A stretch of 64,000 nt of DNA from an uncultured Planctomycetia bacterium (GCA_964536865.1 CAZHYN010000003.1:9822-73821); one strand, 5' to 3'; shown: positions 9,282 to 21,644, counted from the stretch's first letter. A program made the numbers and translations. Notes: generated by a model from the sequence alone, not told the origin.

Positions 9282-11023
9282 TCTTGAAGGTATATATACT
9301 CTACCTCTGAGAATGCTCCCCCATAAGCTGTAGGATAAAGATTCCCGAACTTTTCTCTTACTGCATAGATAGAATATGTATTCACCGTATAAATCAACGG
9401 GAGCTTATTGGATGCTATCTTTTGCCATCTATAAAACAGCTTTTTCCTCTCCTCTTCGTCCAGCGTCTTAGCTGAAAGATTAAAAATATCTTCAATCTCC
9501 TTCTCCCACTCATAGAGGGCAACTTTAGTAGGATTCCACATATGAAGTGCTCCTTTATAAGACCAAACATTTTTACCAAAGTAAGGCTCAATACCTCCAG
9601 TTAAACCAATCAGAATCATCTCCCAGTCAAAAGTAGAGACTAACTTATTTACGAGATTATTAAAATTCAAAGGAAGAAAGTTTATTTTCACTCCTATATC
9701 TTCTAAATCCTTCTTTATAAGTGTGGCTATCTTTACTCTTTGAGTATTATCACCATTGGTAAAAAAATTTATCTCTAACTTATGTCCTTGGCTGTCCTCC
9801 AAAATACCATCGCCATCGCGGTCAAAGAAACCTAACTTTTGTAGAATCTTTTTAGCTTTGGTAGGGTCATAAGGATATTTGGTTACATCAGGAGTGTAAT
9901 AAATCTTATTAGCAGGACTTAAAGGTGAATACTGAAGGATTCCTAATCCATTTAAAACCACCTGAATGATTTTTTCTCTATTGATAGCGTAGGAGATCGC
10001 CTTACGGAATTCTTCGCTTTGGAACCAACGAAGTTTATAAGGAACAACAAAAGGTTTTTTAGTGTAAGGGTTTAACTGAGGATTCTGATTTAAAACGAGG
10101 AAGTTAGAACCAAAACTGGGACCAGCATTGTAAATAGAGAAGTTATCTTCTTCCTGTTTTGGTCCTAAAATTGCTAAGTCTTGAGGCCGTAACGAATAAT
10201 AATCAATTTCTCCCTCTAAGAATTTTAGAAGTGCGGTATCTTGATTGGGAAGGATTACAAAGATAATTTCATTTATGTAAGGTAAGTGATTACCACAACT
10301 ATCTTTTTTCCAGTAATAAGGATTTCTTTCTAGAACTACCCTCTCTCCGGGTAGATACTTTTTTAAACGAAAGGGACCTGTACCTACTATCTGGTGAGGT
10401 TTAGCATCCAATCCCATGCTAAAGTTAAACTTACTCTCCTTAACTAAGTGATAGTAACAGTGCTTGGGAAGGATTTCTTGAGAAAGCGCTCGCAAGAAAG
10501 GAGCAAAGACCGAAGGAAGAGTAAACTTTACTCGATAGGTATCAATCTTTTCTACTTTAATCTTTTTCCCCTCAATAGTAAATATATCTCTACTAGAATT
10601 GGGAATCTCTGGGTTATATATTAGATTATTAAAAGTGAAGACAACATCATCAGCAGTAAAATTTTCTCCATCGCTCCATCTTACATCATCTCTTAGATAG
10701 AATATCCAAGTTTTCCCATCTTGGGTTTGCCATTTCTTAGCTAAGTTAGGGAGGACTTCTAAACTTTTAGGATCAACTTTAGTCAATCCCTCAAAAAGTA
10801 AAGAAGTAATCTGAGTAGTAGAGGTTTCCTTAGCTAAAATAGGATTAAAAGACTTAGGATCACTAGTTGCTGGGAGAATTAGCTTTCCTCCACATTTTCC
10901 GCATTCAAACTCGTACTCCTTAAGGGGCTCCTTAAACACAGATTCTGCAACAATAGAGAATATATTTAAGGAGGAAATAAAAAAAAAGGGAGCAAGAAGA
11001 AAGAGTATATTTACTCTTCTCAT
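9278..11023 (-). CDS. oppA: oligopeptide ABC transporter substrate-binding protein (family 5 SBP)
   Basis: 581 aa, N-terminal signal peptide, SBP_bac_5-like sequence. It heads the opp permease/ATPase genes. Confidence 0.8.
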   Translation of the reverse strand: MRRVNILFLLAPFFFISSLNIFSIVAESVFKEPLKEYEFECGKCGGKLILPATSDPKSFNPILAKETSTTQITSLLFEGLTKVDPKSLEVLPNLAKKWQTQDGKTWIFYLRDDVRWSDGENFTADDVVFTFNNLIYNPEIPNSSRDIFTIEGKKIKVEKIDTYRVKFTLPSVFAPFLRALSQEILPKHCYYHLVKESKFNFSMGLDAKPHQIVGTGPFRLKKYLPGERVVLERNPYYWKKDSCGNHLPYINEIIFVILPNQDTALLKFLEGEIDYYSLRPQDLAILGPKQEEDNFSIYNAGPSFGSNFLVLNQNPQLNPYTKKPFVVPYKLRWFQSEEFRKAISYAINREKIIQVVLNGLGILQYSPLSPANKIYYTPDVTKYPYDPTKAKKILQKLGFFDRDGDGILEDSQGHKLEINFFTNGDNTQRVKIATLIKKDLEDIGVKINFLPLNFNNLVNKLVSTFDWEMILIGLTGGIEPYFGKNVWSYKGALHMWNPTKVALYEWEKEIEDIFNLSAKTLDEEERKKLFYRWQKIASNKLPLIYTVNTYSIYAVREKFGNLYPTAYGGAFSEVEYIYLQE

Positions 11024-11340
11024 TCGCCTGAGGGCGGTAAAGAACTTTTACTTTTCTGAGATTCACTCTTTGCAGGAATTTGATGACTTTTCCTCGGTGT
11101 TTCTAAAAGAGATTTACTCTTTTGTTTGGAAAGGTAAGCTAAAGAAATAGAGGTGAGGAAAAAGATTACTACTAGAGTAACTGTTAATTTAACAAAGAAA
11201 GAACTGGTCTTCGTCCCAAAAATTGACTCTACTCCCCCTAAAGCTTCAATTAATCCTCCACTCCTTCCTCGTTGGACGAGAATTATCCCTATTAAAGCTA
11301 AAGAGACTATTATGTGCAGAATTAAAATAAGATCGTACAT
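11020..11340 (-). CDS. secG: preprotein translocase subunit SecG
   Basis: MYDLILILHIIVSLALIGIILVQRGRSGGL... is a typical SecG N-terminus. The position downstream of tpiA is conserved. Confidence 0.8.
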   Translation of the reverse strand: MYDLILILHIIVSLALIGIILVQRGRSGGLIEALGGVESIFGTKTSSFFVKLTVTLVVIFFLTSISLAYLSKQKSKSLLETPRKSHQIPAKSESQKSKSSLPPSGE

Positions 11341-11349
11341 AACTTACCC

Positions 11350-12111
11350 CTAAAGAGCGCCCTTTACGATAGCGATAAAAGAGGAAGCATCTAAAGAGGC
11401 GCCTCCTACTAATGCTCCGTCGATATCCTCCTCTCTCATCAAATCTTTTATATTATTAGGTTTTACACTTCCACCATAAAGAATCCTTAACGAAGAGGCA
11501 CAACCAGTTGAGTATCTCTTCTCTATCCACTCCCTTATAAACTTTTGCACTTCTTCTGCCTGCTGAGGAGTAGCGGTCTTCCCTGTTCCTATTGCCCAAA
11601 CAGGTTCATAAGCAATAGTAAGTTTTAGAATCTTGGCCTCCTCTATACCAAATAGTCCTTTCTCTAACTGGGTAGTTACTACCTCTATAGTTTGATTAGC
11701 CTCTCTTTCCTCTAAGGTCTCACCTACACACAAGATAGGATTTAAACCCTCTTCTAAACTGAGCTTAATTTTCTTGTTAATTACTTCATCGCTTTCCTGA
11801 AAATACTTTCTCCTCTCCGAATGCCCCACTATTACGTAATCGCATCCGCAGTCCTTAAGTTGAGGAGGGGAAACCTCTCCTGTAAATGCTCCTTCTCTGA
11901 TGTAGAAAACATCTTGTGCTCCTAATTTTATATTCGTACCTAAGATCAACTTTCCTACACTCTCTAAAGCAGTAAAGGAAGGACAAACAACAATATCTAC
12001 TTCACTCAAATTAGAAAGGTCTCTTTTTAAATGAGAAACTAACTCTCTAGCTTCTTCGATAGTCTTGTGCATCTTCCAGTTACCAGCAATTAATGGTTTA
12101 CGTCTACTCAT
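11350..12111 (-). CDS. tpiA: triosephosphate isomerase
   Basis: 253 aa with GNWKMH, AYEPVWAIGTGKTAT and GGASL motifs. Confidence 0.95.
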   Translation of the reverse strand: MSRRKPLIAGNWKMHKTIEEARELVSHLKRDLSNLSEVDIVVCPSFTALESVGKLILGTNIKLGAQDVFYIREGAFTGEVSPPQLKDCGCDYVIVGHSERRKYFQESDEVINKKIKLSLEEGLNPILCVGETLEEREANQTIEVVTTQLEKGLFGIEEAKILKLTIAYEPVWAIGTGKTATPQQAEEVQKFIREWIEKRYSTGCASSLRILYGGSVKPNNIKDLMREEDIDGALVGGASLDASSFIAIVKGAL

Positions 12112-12118
12112 CTTTCTT

Positions 12119-13294
12119 TTACTTTTCAGGAATTACTGCTATTGCCGGCAATTCTTTACCTTCCAAGAATTCTAAAGATGCTCCTCCTCCCGTAGAAACA
12201 TGAGCCAACTTATCCTTCACTCCGAATTCAGAAACACAGGAAGCAGTATCTCCTCCTCCTACAATTACAGTAGTATCTAAGAGGTTAGCTAAACTAGTGG
12301 CAATCTCCTTAGAACCGTTAGCATAGTGTGGATTTTCAAAAATTCCTAAGGGACCATTCCAAAGAACCGTCTTTACTCCTTCTAACTCTCTAAGGAATAA
12401 ACTGGCAGTTTGGGGCCCAATATCTACCCCTATAAACCCTCCAAGGATTTCCTCTACAATCTTTTTGGTGTGAGGCAAGTTAATATCTTCTACAACCACA
12501 TGATCTAAAGGTAAAACTATTTTAACACTCTTTGCTTCAGCCTTATCTAAAATCTCTTTAGCTAACCCAATTTTTTCCTCTTCTACTTTAGAATTACCTA
12601 CAGAAACTCCTTTACTCTTAAGAAAGGTGTAAGCCATTGCTCCCCCGATTAAAAACTTATCCACCTTATCTATCAGATTGTTAACCACGCCTATTTTATC
12701 GGAGACTTTTGCTCCTCCCAGAATTACTACATAAGGCCTTTCGGGATTAAGTGCTTTACTTAAATACTCTATCTCCTTCTCCATTAGAAATCCTATACAT
12801 GAAGGAAGAAACTTAGCAATCTTTGTGGTAGAGGCATGGGCACGGTGAGCGGTAGCAAAAGCATCGTTAACATAAATATCGGCTAACTCAGCTAATTTTT
12901 TTGCAAACTCCTCATCTCCTTTTTCCTCTTCAGGATGAAACCTTACATTCTCAAGAAGCACAACAATGCCTCCAAATGAATCTATTTCTCTTTTCACCTT
13001 CTCTCCCACACAATCATCTAATTTCAAAACCTTCTCTCCTAAAAGCTCCTCAAGTCTTTTTGCTACAGGCTCCATCCGCAAACTTTCCACAACCTTCCCT
13101 TTTGGCCGTCCTAAATGGCTTATAAGAATAAGTTTGTAAGGATTCTGTTTTAATATATAGTTTATTGTAGGCAAACTGGTGCGAATTCGTGTATCATCAG
13201 TTATTTTCCCTTCTTTTAAAGGAACATTAAAATCCACACGCACGAGAACTTTTTTATTTTCTAACTCTAAATCTTTAACGCTAATCTTGGCCAT
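12119..13294 (-). CDS. pgk: phosphoglycerate kinase
   Basis: 391 aa with RVDFNVP, GGGASLE and GGGDT motifs. Confidence 0.95.
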   Translation of the reverse strand: MAKISVKDLELENKKVLVRVDFNVPLKEGKITDDTRIRTSLPTINYILKQNPYKLILISHLGRPKGKVVESLRMEPVAKRLEELLGEKVLKLDDCVGEKVKREIDSFGGIVVLLENVRFHPEEEKGDEEFAKKLAELADIYVNDAFATAHRAHASTTKIAKFLPSCIGFLMEKEIEYLSKALNPERPYVVILGGAKVSDKIGVVNNLIDKVDKFLIGGAMAYTFLKSKGVSVGNSKVEEEKIGLAKEILDKAEAKSVKIVLPLDHVVVEDINLPHTKKIVEEILGGFIGVDIGPQTASLFLRELEGVKTVLWNGPLGIFENPHYANGSKEIATSLANLLDTTVIVGGGDTASCVSEFGVKDKLAHVSTGGGASLEFLEGKELPAIAVIPEK

Positions 13295-13305
13295 ATCAAC
13301 TCCTT

Positions 13306-15355
<2,050 letters not shown>

Positions 15356-15368
15356 AACTTTTTACACT

Positions 15369-16376
15369 CTACACTTCCACTTCTCTTAAGAACTTTGCTG
15401 CCTCTTCTGGCAAAGTAGGACATATATAGAAACCTGTTCCCCACTCAAATCCTGCTACTTGAACTAGCCGGGGAGTAATCTCTATATGCCAGTGATAATC
15501 TTCGTCTATCGTTGACCAGTATCCTGGATAAGGTCGCCTAAAGGGAGCGGTATGAATGATATAATTGTAAGGAGGATCAGCTAACAGTATTTTTATTTTT
15601 AGAAGAACCTTCTTAAGTAGACTGGCCAAAGAAAAAAGGTTTTCCCAAGAAGTTTTGTAGAAATCAGGGGAGTGTTCTTTGGGAAGAATCCACACCTCAA
15701 AGGGAAAACGGGGAGCAAAAGGAACTAAAGCTACAAAACCATTCTCCTCTAAAACCACCCTTTCCTGTTCCTTTAACTCTTGCCTTATCAAATCGCAGAA
15801 TACACATCTTTCATGATAATCATAATAAAATTTAGCTCCTTCCAACTCTTCTTTTACACGTTTTAAGTTAACAGGGGTAGCAATAATTTGTGAGCGAGAG
15901 TGTCTCACTCTTCCTCCTCCTGCATCCCATCCGTAGTTTTTAAATACCAAAACATACTTTATCCGCATATCTTCCTGTAAAGCTCTTATTCTCTCACAGT
16001 AGGCCCAAAATACATCTCTTATATTTTCTATTTCTAAGTCTGCCATATTAGCAATATGTTCAGGAGTATCTATAACAACTTCATGACTACCCACTCCTTC
16101 CATCAAATCATACGGTCCTTTTCCCTTCTTCCACGACTCTTTATCAGGCTCCAAAAAAGGTTTAATACTAGGAACGACTCTTACTCGCCAGTTTCCTTGA
16201 TCATCTTTTATGGAATACAACTCTCCAGGTGTTAACGCTTCTTTACCTCGACAGAAAGGACACTCTTTCTCAGGGGGAGAAGTATCTATATGAGGAAAAT
16301 CCTTTGGTCTTTTAGCACGTTCAGTAGAAATTATCACCCATCTTCCCAGAATAGGATCTTTTCTTAACTGAGGCAT
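15369..16376 (-). CDS. GalT-like HIT-superfamily paralog (copy 2) in which the nucleophile His of HxHxQ is replaced by Arg (RHSRSQ)
   Basis: Paralogous to copy 1 (CPFC, shared blocks KNYGWDAGG.../FEWGTGFY). Start placed at MPQLRKDP. The HxHxQ motif reads H-S-R-S-Q. Confidence 0.65.
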   Translation of the reverse strand: MPQLRKDPILGRWVIISTERAKRPKDFPHIDTSPPEKECPFCRGKEALTPGELYSIKDDQGNWRVRVVPSIKPFLEPDKESWKKGKGPYDLMEGVGSHEVVIDTPEHIANMADLEIENIRDVFWAYCERIRALQEDMRIKYVLVFKNYGWDAGGGRVRHSRSQIIATPVNLKRVKEELEGAKFYYDYHERCVFCDLIRQELKEQERVVLEENGFVALVPFAPRFPFEVWILPKEHSPDFYKTSWENLFSLASLLKKVLLKIKILLADPPYNYIIHTAPFRRPYPGYWSTIDEDYHWHIEITPRLVQVAGFEWGTGFYICPTLPEEAAKFLREVEV

Positions 16377-16449
16377 AATTTTACCTCTCTTAATTAGCAA
16401 TTATTATAGCAATCCCATTTTTAATTGCAAGAGTTTATTTTAAAGAAGG

Positions 16450-16785
16450 TTAGGGGTGAGCTTTTTTTAACCACTCTTGGTAGGCGTAATCTAGAATCTC
16501 TCCCTTAACTGCAGGCGGAAAGAGTCTTAGCTCTACTCCTACTTCCCATTTTTCTTCTTTGTGTGTTCTCCAAACTATCTTTCCCTCTCCAGGAATAAAT
16601 ATATCTTTGTGAGGCCTCTGGATCTCTAACTTCACTAACTCTTGAGGTTGAAAACCAAACTCATCAAAAACTGCTCTAAATCCCTGGCGAGAGAAATCTA
16701 AAATTATCCCGATAAATAAAAGATCGTCCTTCTTTATCTTTACTTTAAGAGGAGTAGAAAATCGCCATGCTCTTCTTTTATCCAT
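16450..16785 (-). CDS. PilZ domain protein (putative c-di-GMP receptor)
   Basis: KRRAWRFST (RxxxR) and DFSRQG (DxSxxG) motifs in a 111-aa protein. Confidence 0.6.
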   Translation of the reverse strand: MDKRRAWRFSTPLKVKIKKDDLLFIGIILDFSRQGFRAVFDEFGFQPQELVKLEIQRPHKDIFIPGEGKIVWRTHKEEKWEVGVELRLFPPAVKGEILDYAYQEWLKKAHP

Positions 16786-17031
16786 ACAAATTTAATATAT
16801 CATAAAAATTTCATCTAGCAAATATTTTGTTTCTATTCCTTCTAATCTATCAACTGAAGCTTTTGAAACTATTTTAAAAGTAAAACTACAACTCCACCAA
16901 TTCTAGCAATTAACCACGCAAGCAAAGAAACAAATTATAAAATCTATCTAAAATTTATATAGAAAAAGATACTTAAAAGAAGATAAACAAGCTTTAACTC
17001 CTTGGTGGTTAAAATATTCTCGAATATCTTC

Positions 17032-17193
17032 TTATGTAATTAACTCGAACTCACTTTTTTCCGCCCCACATACAGGACAAACCCAGGACTCAGGAATATC
17101 TTCGAAGAGAGTACCAGGAAGGACCCTAGAATCGGGGTCTCCTAAGGTGGGATCATAGATATAACCGCACACTTTACATTTATACCTATTCAT
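17032..17193 (-). CDS. rub: rubredoxin (53 aa); not present in the supplied ORF track
   Basis: Reverse complement reads [53 protein letters not shown] with two CxxCG knuckles. This is the canonical rubredoxin fold signature. Confidence 0.85.
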   Translation of the reverse strand: MNRYKCKVCGYIYDPTLGDPDSRVLPGTLFEDIPESWVCPVCGAEKSEFELIT

Positions 17194-17333
17194 ATCTCTT
17201 TTGTAACTAGAAAGAGTGAAGTAATTTTATCATAGGAATAAAAAGTTGTAAACCATTCTTCTTTTCATTTAGTTATCTTAACCACCTTCTTGCTATATAT
17301 TTTTTCCGAAGAAGTAAAATTTATGATGCTAAC

Positions 17334-17888
17334 CTAATCCTTAAATCTATGAGTACCTTCCAAATAGCGAGCTATAAAATATAGAAGAGTGGATAGTCCA
17401 TTTAAATAAGGAAGGATATACTTATTTTCTAACATTTTTCTTCTCTTTAGAGTTACTGTCCTTCTCTCTAATCTTCTGGTTACTGCCCTAGCAACATCTA
17501 CGATACAAGAAGAGAGGTTTCCTCCAGGAATAATAAATCCTTTTTTAGATAAGCTAATTTTATTTTTGAATTCTTCTATATTAATTTGAATATACTCTAA
17601 AGAATTCTTCTTTATTCTCTCTCTTAACCTCTTAAACCATTTTTTCTTGATAGCTACTTCACTCCCAATTTTAAAAAGATCCCTCTGAATATTCTCAAGG
17701 ATATTTTTTAGTTTCTTTTTCTTGATCAAACTCTTTGCTAACCCTACAAAAGAACATAGTTCATCTATCGTACCACACACTTCACATCTAATATCATCTT
17801 TCATAACTTGTTCTTGGAAACAAAGAGTTGTAATCTCAGGTTTCTTCATATCTATTAAAAGTATAATCTTATAACTACACATGGTCAA
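17334..17888 (-). CDS. PduO-type ATP:cob(I)alamin adenosyltransferase-like protein
   Basis: KDDIRCEVCGTIDELCSFVGLA and GFIIPGG...DVARAVTRRLERR match the PduO/MMAB family. The N-terminus is atypical and the true start is uncertain. Confidence 0.55.
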   Translation of the reverse strand: MTMCSYKIILLIDMKKPEITTLCFQEQVMKDDIRCEVCGTIDELCSFVGLAKSLIKKKKLKNILENIQRDLFKIGSEVAIKKKWFKRLRERIKKNSLEYIQINIEEFKNKISLSKKGFIIPGGNLSSCIVDVARAVTRRLERRTVTLKRRKMLENKYILPYLNGLSTLLYFIARYLEGTHRFKD

Positions 17889-17992
17889 CAGAAATTAAAA
17901 CACCATCCCCCAAATGAAACAAAACAAATCTGACTTACTTTGTCTCATTTGGAAGGGTTGACGCCAAGGTATTATTTTCTAAAATATATTTT

Positions 17993-18850
17993 ATGAGTGT
18001 AATTACTCTATTTGATCCTTGGCGTAGCGAAATATGCACCTGTCCTAAGAAATTCACACTCTCTCCCTATACAGGGTGTGGTCATGGCTGTCTTTACTGT
18101 TATGCCTCTTCCTATATAAAAAATTTTTATTTTCCTAGAGAGAAAAAAAACTTTCTAAAAAGACTAGATAAGGAAATTAAGAAAATCCCAAAAAAATCCC
18201 TGATAACCATGGCTAACTCTTCTGATCCTTATCTTCCCTTAGAAAAAGAATTAATGTTAACCTCCTCTACTCTAAAATTGCTAAAGAAATATGACTTTAG
18301 AATACTTATCGTTACTAAATCTTCCCTTATATTAAGAGATATTGAAATCTTAAAGGAGCTCAAAGTTGTAGTAAGCATATCGTTGACTACTCTGAATGAA
18401 AAATTGGCTAAGCGGTTAGAACCATCTGCTCCCCCTCCTTCAGCGAGATTAAAAACAATTGAAGTTCTCTCTAAGTATTTAAATGTAGTAGTAAGATTTG
18501 ACCCTATAATTTATCCCTTAAATACTAAAGAAACTAAAAATATAATCAGAGAAGTAAAAAAAAGAGGAACAAAACAAATAATTACTTCTACTTATAAAGT
18601 AAAGTCTGATAACTTTAAGCGAATGATAAATGCATTCGGAGAATACAAAAAACTCTGGTATAAACTTTACTTACAAGAAGGAGAACGAAAAGGACGATAT
18701 ATCTATCTGGCTACTCATCTTCGTAGAAAGATAGTGGAAGAAGTAAGGAATTGGAGTTTAAAAGAAGGAATGGCTTTCTCAAGCTGCCGAGAAGGATTTA
18801 AAGAGTGGAATACAAGAACTTGTGATGGCTCATCTTTCTTCTCAACATAG
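17993..18850 (+). CDS. radical SAM protein, SPL/DNA-photolyase-like family (COG1533-like)
   Basis: FDPW...GCGHGCLYCYA (Cx3Cx2C) near the N-terminus. One of the few plus-strand genes in the window. Confidence 0.6.
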   Translation: MSVITLFDPWRSEICTCPKKFTLSPYTGCGHGCLYCYASSYIKNFYFPREKKNFLKRLDKEIKKIPKKSLITMANSSDPYLPLEKELMLTSSTLKLLKKYDFRILIVTKSSLILRDIEILKELKVVVSISLTTLNEKLAKRLEPSAPPPSARLKTIEVLSKYLNVVVRFDPIIYPLNTKETKNIIREVKKRGTKQIITSTYKVKSDNFKRMINAFGEYKKLWYKLYLQEGERKGRYIYLATHLRRKIVEEVRNWSLKEGMAFSSCREGFKEWNTRTCDGSSFFST

Positions 18851-18978
18851 TTTATTGATACAATTATGCCTCTACTCCAAAGATGTTTCTAATTAAAAGC
18901 TTATGAAAATTAACAATTACTTGGGTAACTTTTCTAAAATGTTTTATTATTTCTAACAAAGTTTTAAGATTAAAATCT

Positions 18979-19389
18979 TTATTTATCTTGATCTTCATCT
19001 AGAAGGATTGTGATCTCTTCCGTATTCATTATGGTATTGTGCACAGGACAATTACGGACAAACCTAAGAAAAGATTTTTTTCTCTCACCAAGATAAGCAT
19101 CAGTGAAGATGCTTACCTTTATATTAGTAATTTGAAAAGGTAACCTTTCCCACTCTCCAGACACCCTTACCAGAAGCTTCTGGAAACTTATACCTATATC
19201 TAGAAGGTATTTTTTAGCATAATATAGAATGCATCCTCCTAAAGAAGCTAAAAATAACTCTGAAGAATTAGGAGCTTGAGGTGTATAATTTTCTCTTCGA
19301 GAATCAATATAGGTTTTAGCTCCACTTTTTAAAGATATTACTTCAAACTTATCTTGTTCTAGAAACTTTACCTCGACTTTTAAGGCCAT
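18979..19389 (-). CDS. OsmC/Ohr family peroxiredoxin-like protein
   Basis: 136 aa with LGGC and CPVHNT motifs. Confidence 0.7.
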   Translation of the reverse strand: MALKVEVKFLEQDKFEVISLKSGAKTYIDSRRENYTPQAPNSSELFLASLGGCILYYAKKYLLDIGISFQKLLVRVSGEWERLPFQITNIKVSIFTDAYLGERKKSFLRFVRNCPVHNTIMNTEEITILLDEDQDK

Positions 19390-19862
19390 AACTCACCTTT
19401 ATTTAAAACATTTAATATCTTTATCAAATCGGGGATAGACTTATCTCCTACTCTCATTCTAAACTCTTCTACTGAAATCTTCCTCATCTCTTCATTCACT
19501 TATCTAGGAACTATTGGATCTACAAACACCTAGGAGTCTCGAAAGTACTTAAGCAATCTTAATTTGGTACAACCAAAATCATCATATTAATCTAAATCGA
19601 TAAGGTGAACTATTATCTCTGCCTCTCCTAACCTAAAATTATTTATTCTGTATTTCTCATACCCGAAAGTTAAATTAGTCACATCATCGGGAGAAATCTT
19701 TACAAAATCACAAGAATAAATTGCTCTTATTCTCCACAGAATCATATTCCCCAATTAAAGATTAGATAGTCATCAGAAAAACTAACTAATTTTACCTTTC
19801 TTAGATTATCTTTGTGTAATATCTCAATTAATCCCAAAAGCTTACCTCTTCTCTAAAACCTT

Positions 19863-20078
19863 TTAAACAGCAATAACTTCTCTATTCCTGACAACTTCTT
19901 CTTTTAATCTTTGTTCAATTCCAATCTTTAAGGTATAGATACTCATTGAACATGTCTTGCAAGCACCAGTAAGTTTAACCTTAACTACTCCATCTTGAAT
20001 CACATCCACTAACTCTACATTACCTCCTTCTATCTGAAGGAAAGGTCTGATTTTCTCCAATATTTTTTTCCACGTCAT
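19863..20078 (-). CDS. NifU-like (Nfu C-terminal domain) Fe-S cluster protein
   Basis: ...IRPFLQIEGGNVELVDV...VKLTGACKTCSMSIYTLKIGIE... in a 71-aa protein. Confidence 0.75.
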   Translation of the reverse strand: MTWKKILEKIRPFLQIEGGNVELVDVIQDGVVKVKLTGACKTCSMSIYTLKIGIEQRLKEEVVRNREVIAV

Positions 20079-20629
20079 CTCTTATCATAATTATCCTTTT
20101 TTGAAACTCTTTAAACTCACTCTGTGAAACCCCACAGACAGGGCAATATTCCGGTAACTTCTCTTCTGTCGTATATCCACAAACAGAACAAATATATATT
20201 TTATCCAAATCTAGATCTCTCCCCGAGGAAACAACTTCTTTTGCTTTCTTATACAACTGGGCATGAATTTTTCTCTGCCTCTAAAGCATAGCGAATAGAT
20301 TTCTCAGCTTCCTTTTCATTTTGCAATCTTGCAACTTCATTATAAGCAGAGCGCATCTCTTCCACTTCGAACTTCTCTCCCCCAATAGCAGTCTCTAAGT
20401 TATTCTGTGTATTATCAACTCCTTTCAAAACTTCCAAATGATTTTTAGGGTGAACTAGCTCTGCATAAGCAATTGCTCTAAATAATCTAGCAATATTAGG
20501 CCTTTCTTCTTTTTGAGCAACTTCTGAAAAAATTAAATACTTCATATGTGCTTGAGACTCACCTGCAAATGCAAACTGCAAATTTTGGTGAGTAATTCTA
20601 TGTATTCCACCTCCTTCCTTAACTTCCAC
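20020..20629 (-). pseudogene. rbr: rubrerythrin split by a single-base frameshift in an A5/T5 homopolymer
   Basis: The N-terminal ferritin-like diiron domain (LQFAFAGESQA...YALEAEKNS) is in one frame. The C-terminal rubredoxin-like CxxC...CxxC domain (IYICSVCGY...CPVCG) is in another. Removing one T from the plus-strand T5 run at 20268-20272 (one A of the coding-strand AAAAA) gives a continuous ...YALEAEKIHAQLYKKAKEV... protein. Confidence 0.7.
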
Positions 20630-20639
20630 AAATTAATAA

Positions 20640-21124
20640 CCTAAAAACTCCTCACTTTTTATTTGTGCTTTTATTATACCTAACTGAGTAAGAGCATCAA
20701 CTATACTCCTTATTCAGAGCCTTATCTACGATATATTCCAAAATAGAAACTACCGGAGTAATTCCTATTCCTCCAATTTTATGAAAGAGAGCTTTTTATA
20801 AGTTTCTCTAAATACACAACTTCCTAAGGGCATTCGTATTAAAACTTTATCCCCTGCCTTTAACCATTCCAACTTTTGGGAAAATTCACTACTAGAAATT
20901 CTTTTGGTAAACTCTATATAATCCTTAGTTGGCGAAGAAGAAAAGGAGAGAAAATGTCTTGACCTATCTTTGTTCTTATCAAAGATAACTTCCATAAACT
21001 GACCAGGAATAAAATCTACCTTCTTTGAAATAGTAAACCGGAAGCTCTCTACAGAGGGAATCCTTCTTATTCTCTCTACTAACCTAACTTTTACCTCCAT
21101 CGCTTTCCCTTTTATTCCTATCAT
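20640..21124 (-). pseudogene. FNR-like FAD/NAD(P)-binding oxidoreductase (PyrK/sulfide-dehydrogenase-like), frameshifted and short
   Basis: An FAD-domain motif (PGQFMEV...RHFLSFSSSP) is followed in a different frame by the NAD-domain motif GGIGITPVVSILEY. An A5 run at the junction would restore ...YKKALFHKIGGIGITP if it were A6. A second shift follows and the reading ends just before rbr. Total length is about 180 aa against 230-280 expected. Confidence 0.5.
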
Positions 21125-21267
21125 TTAAATCTATTTTTCGTATCTTATTAATTATTTAAGCATAATACCTTTTAAAATATCAAGAATTATTTTTTCTCTC
21201 TGCTTTTTTAATTATCCACTTATCAACGTAATAAATTTTAAAAATAAAGCTTTTATAATAAATATTT

Positions 21268-21639
21268 TCATAGTTTATCCTCATTAAGAAGAATGTAGAT
21301 TAAATGAGGCAAAACAATTATAGAAGAAATAAAAATCAAAAGAAATCTAAATTTAGATACTCCTAAGACTTTCGCTAAACAGCTAAACCCTAATGATAAA
21401 ACTACTGCTGATAAATCTAATATAGTAGGTTCTGGTTTACCCGGATAAATTCTCAACAAACGTAAAACTAAACCTACACCAAAGGCTATGGCAATTAAAA
21501 GATAAATTTGAGGTAATTTACTATTAAATATAATCATAATGAACTCTCCTCCTAAGACCGCGGTAAACCAAAAATAGAAGTATCTTAACTGGACTTTAGA
21601 AAGATTAGCTTTTCTAAAAAGAAAAAGATTTATTAACAT
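21268..21639 (-). CDS. hypothetical small membrane protein
   Basis: 123-aa hydrophobic ORF that fills the gap with correct orientation. No family recognized. Confidence 0.35.
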   Translation of the reverse strand: MLINLFLFRKANLSKVQLRYFYFWFTAVLGGEFIMIIFNSKLPQIYLLIAIAFGVGLVLRLLRIYPGKPEPTILDLSAVVLSLGFSCLAKVLGVSKFRFLLIFISSIIVLPHLIYILLNEDKL

Positions 21640-21644
21640 CTTAA

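Noticed and set aside
8013-11353. Plus-strand ORFs 8013..8234, 9061..9333 and 11153..11353, antisense to oppC/oppB/secG
   Set aside because: All are shadow ORFs inside strongly supported minus-strand genes.
12901-13125. 74-aa plus ORF inside pgk
   Set aside because: Antisense shadow of pgk.
19390-19500. 36-aa minus-strand ORF (MRKISVEEFRMRVGDKSIPDLIKILNVLNKGELWP) overlapping the osmC start
   Set aside because: Possible small upstream ORF but no recognisable features. Too weak to call.
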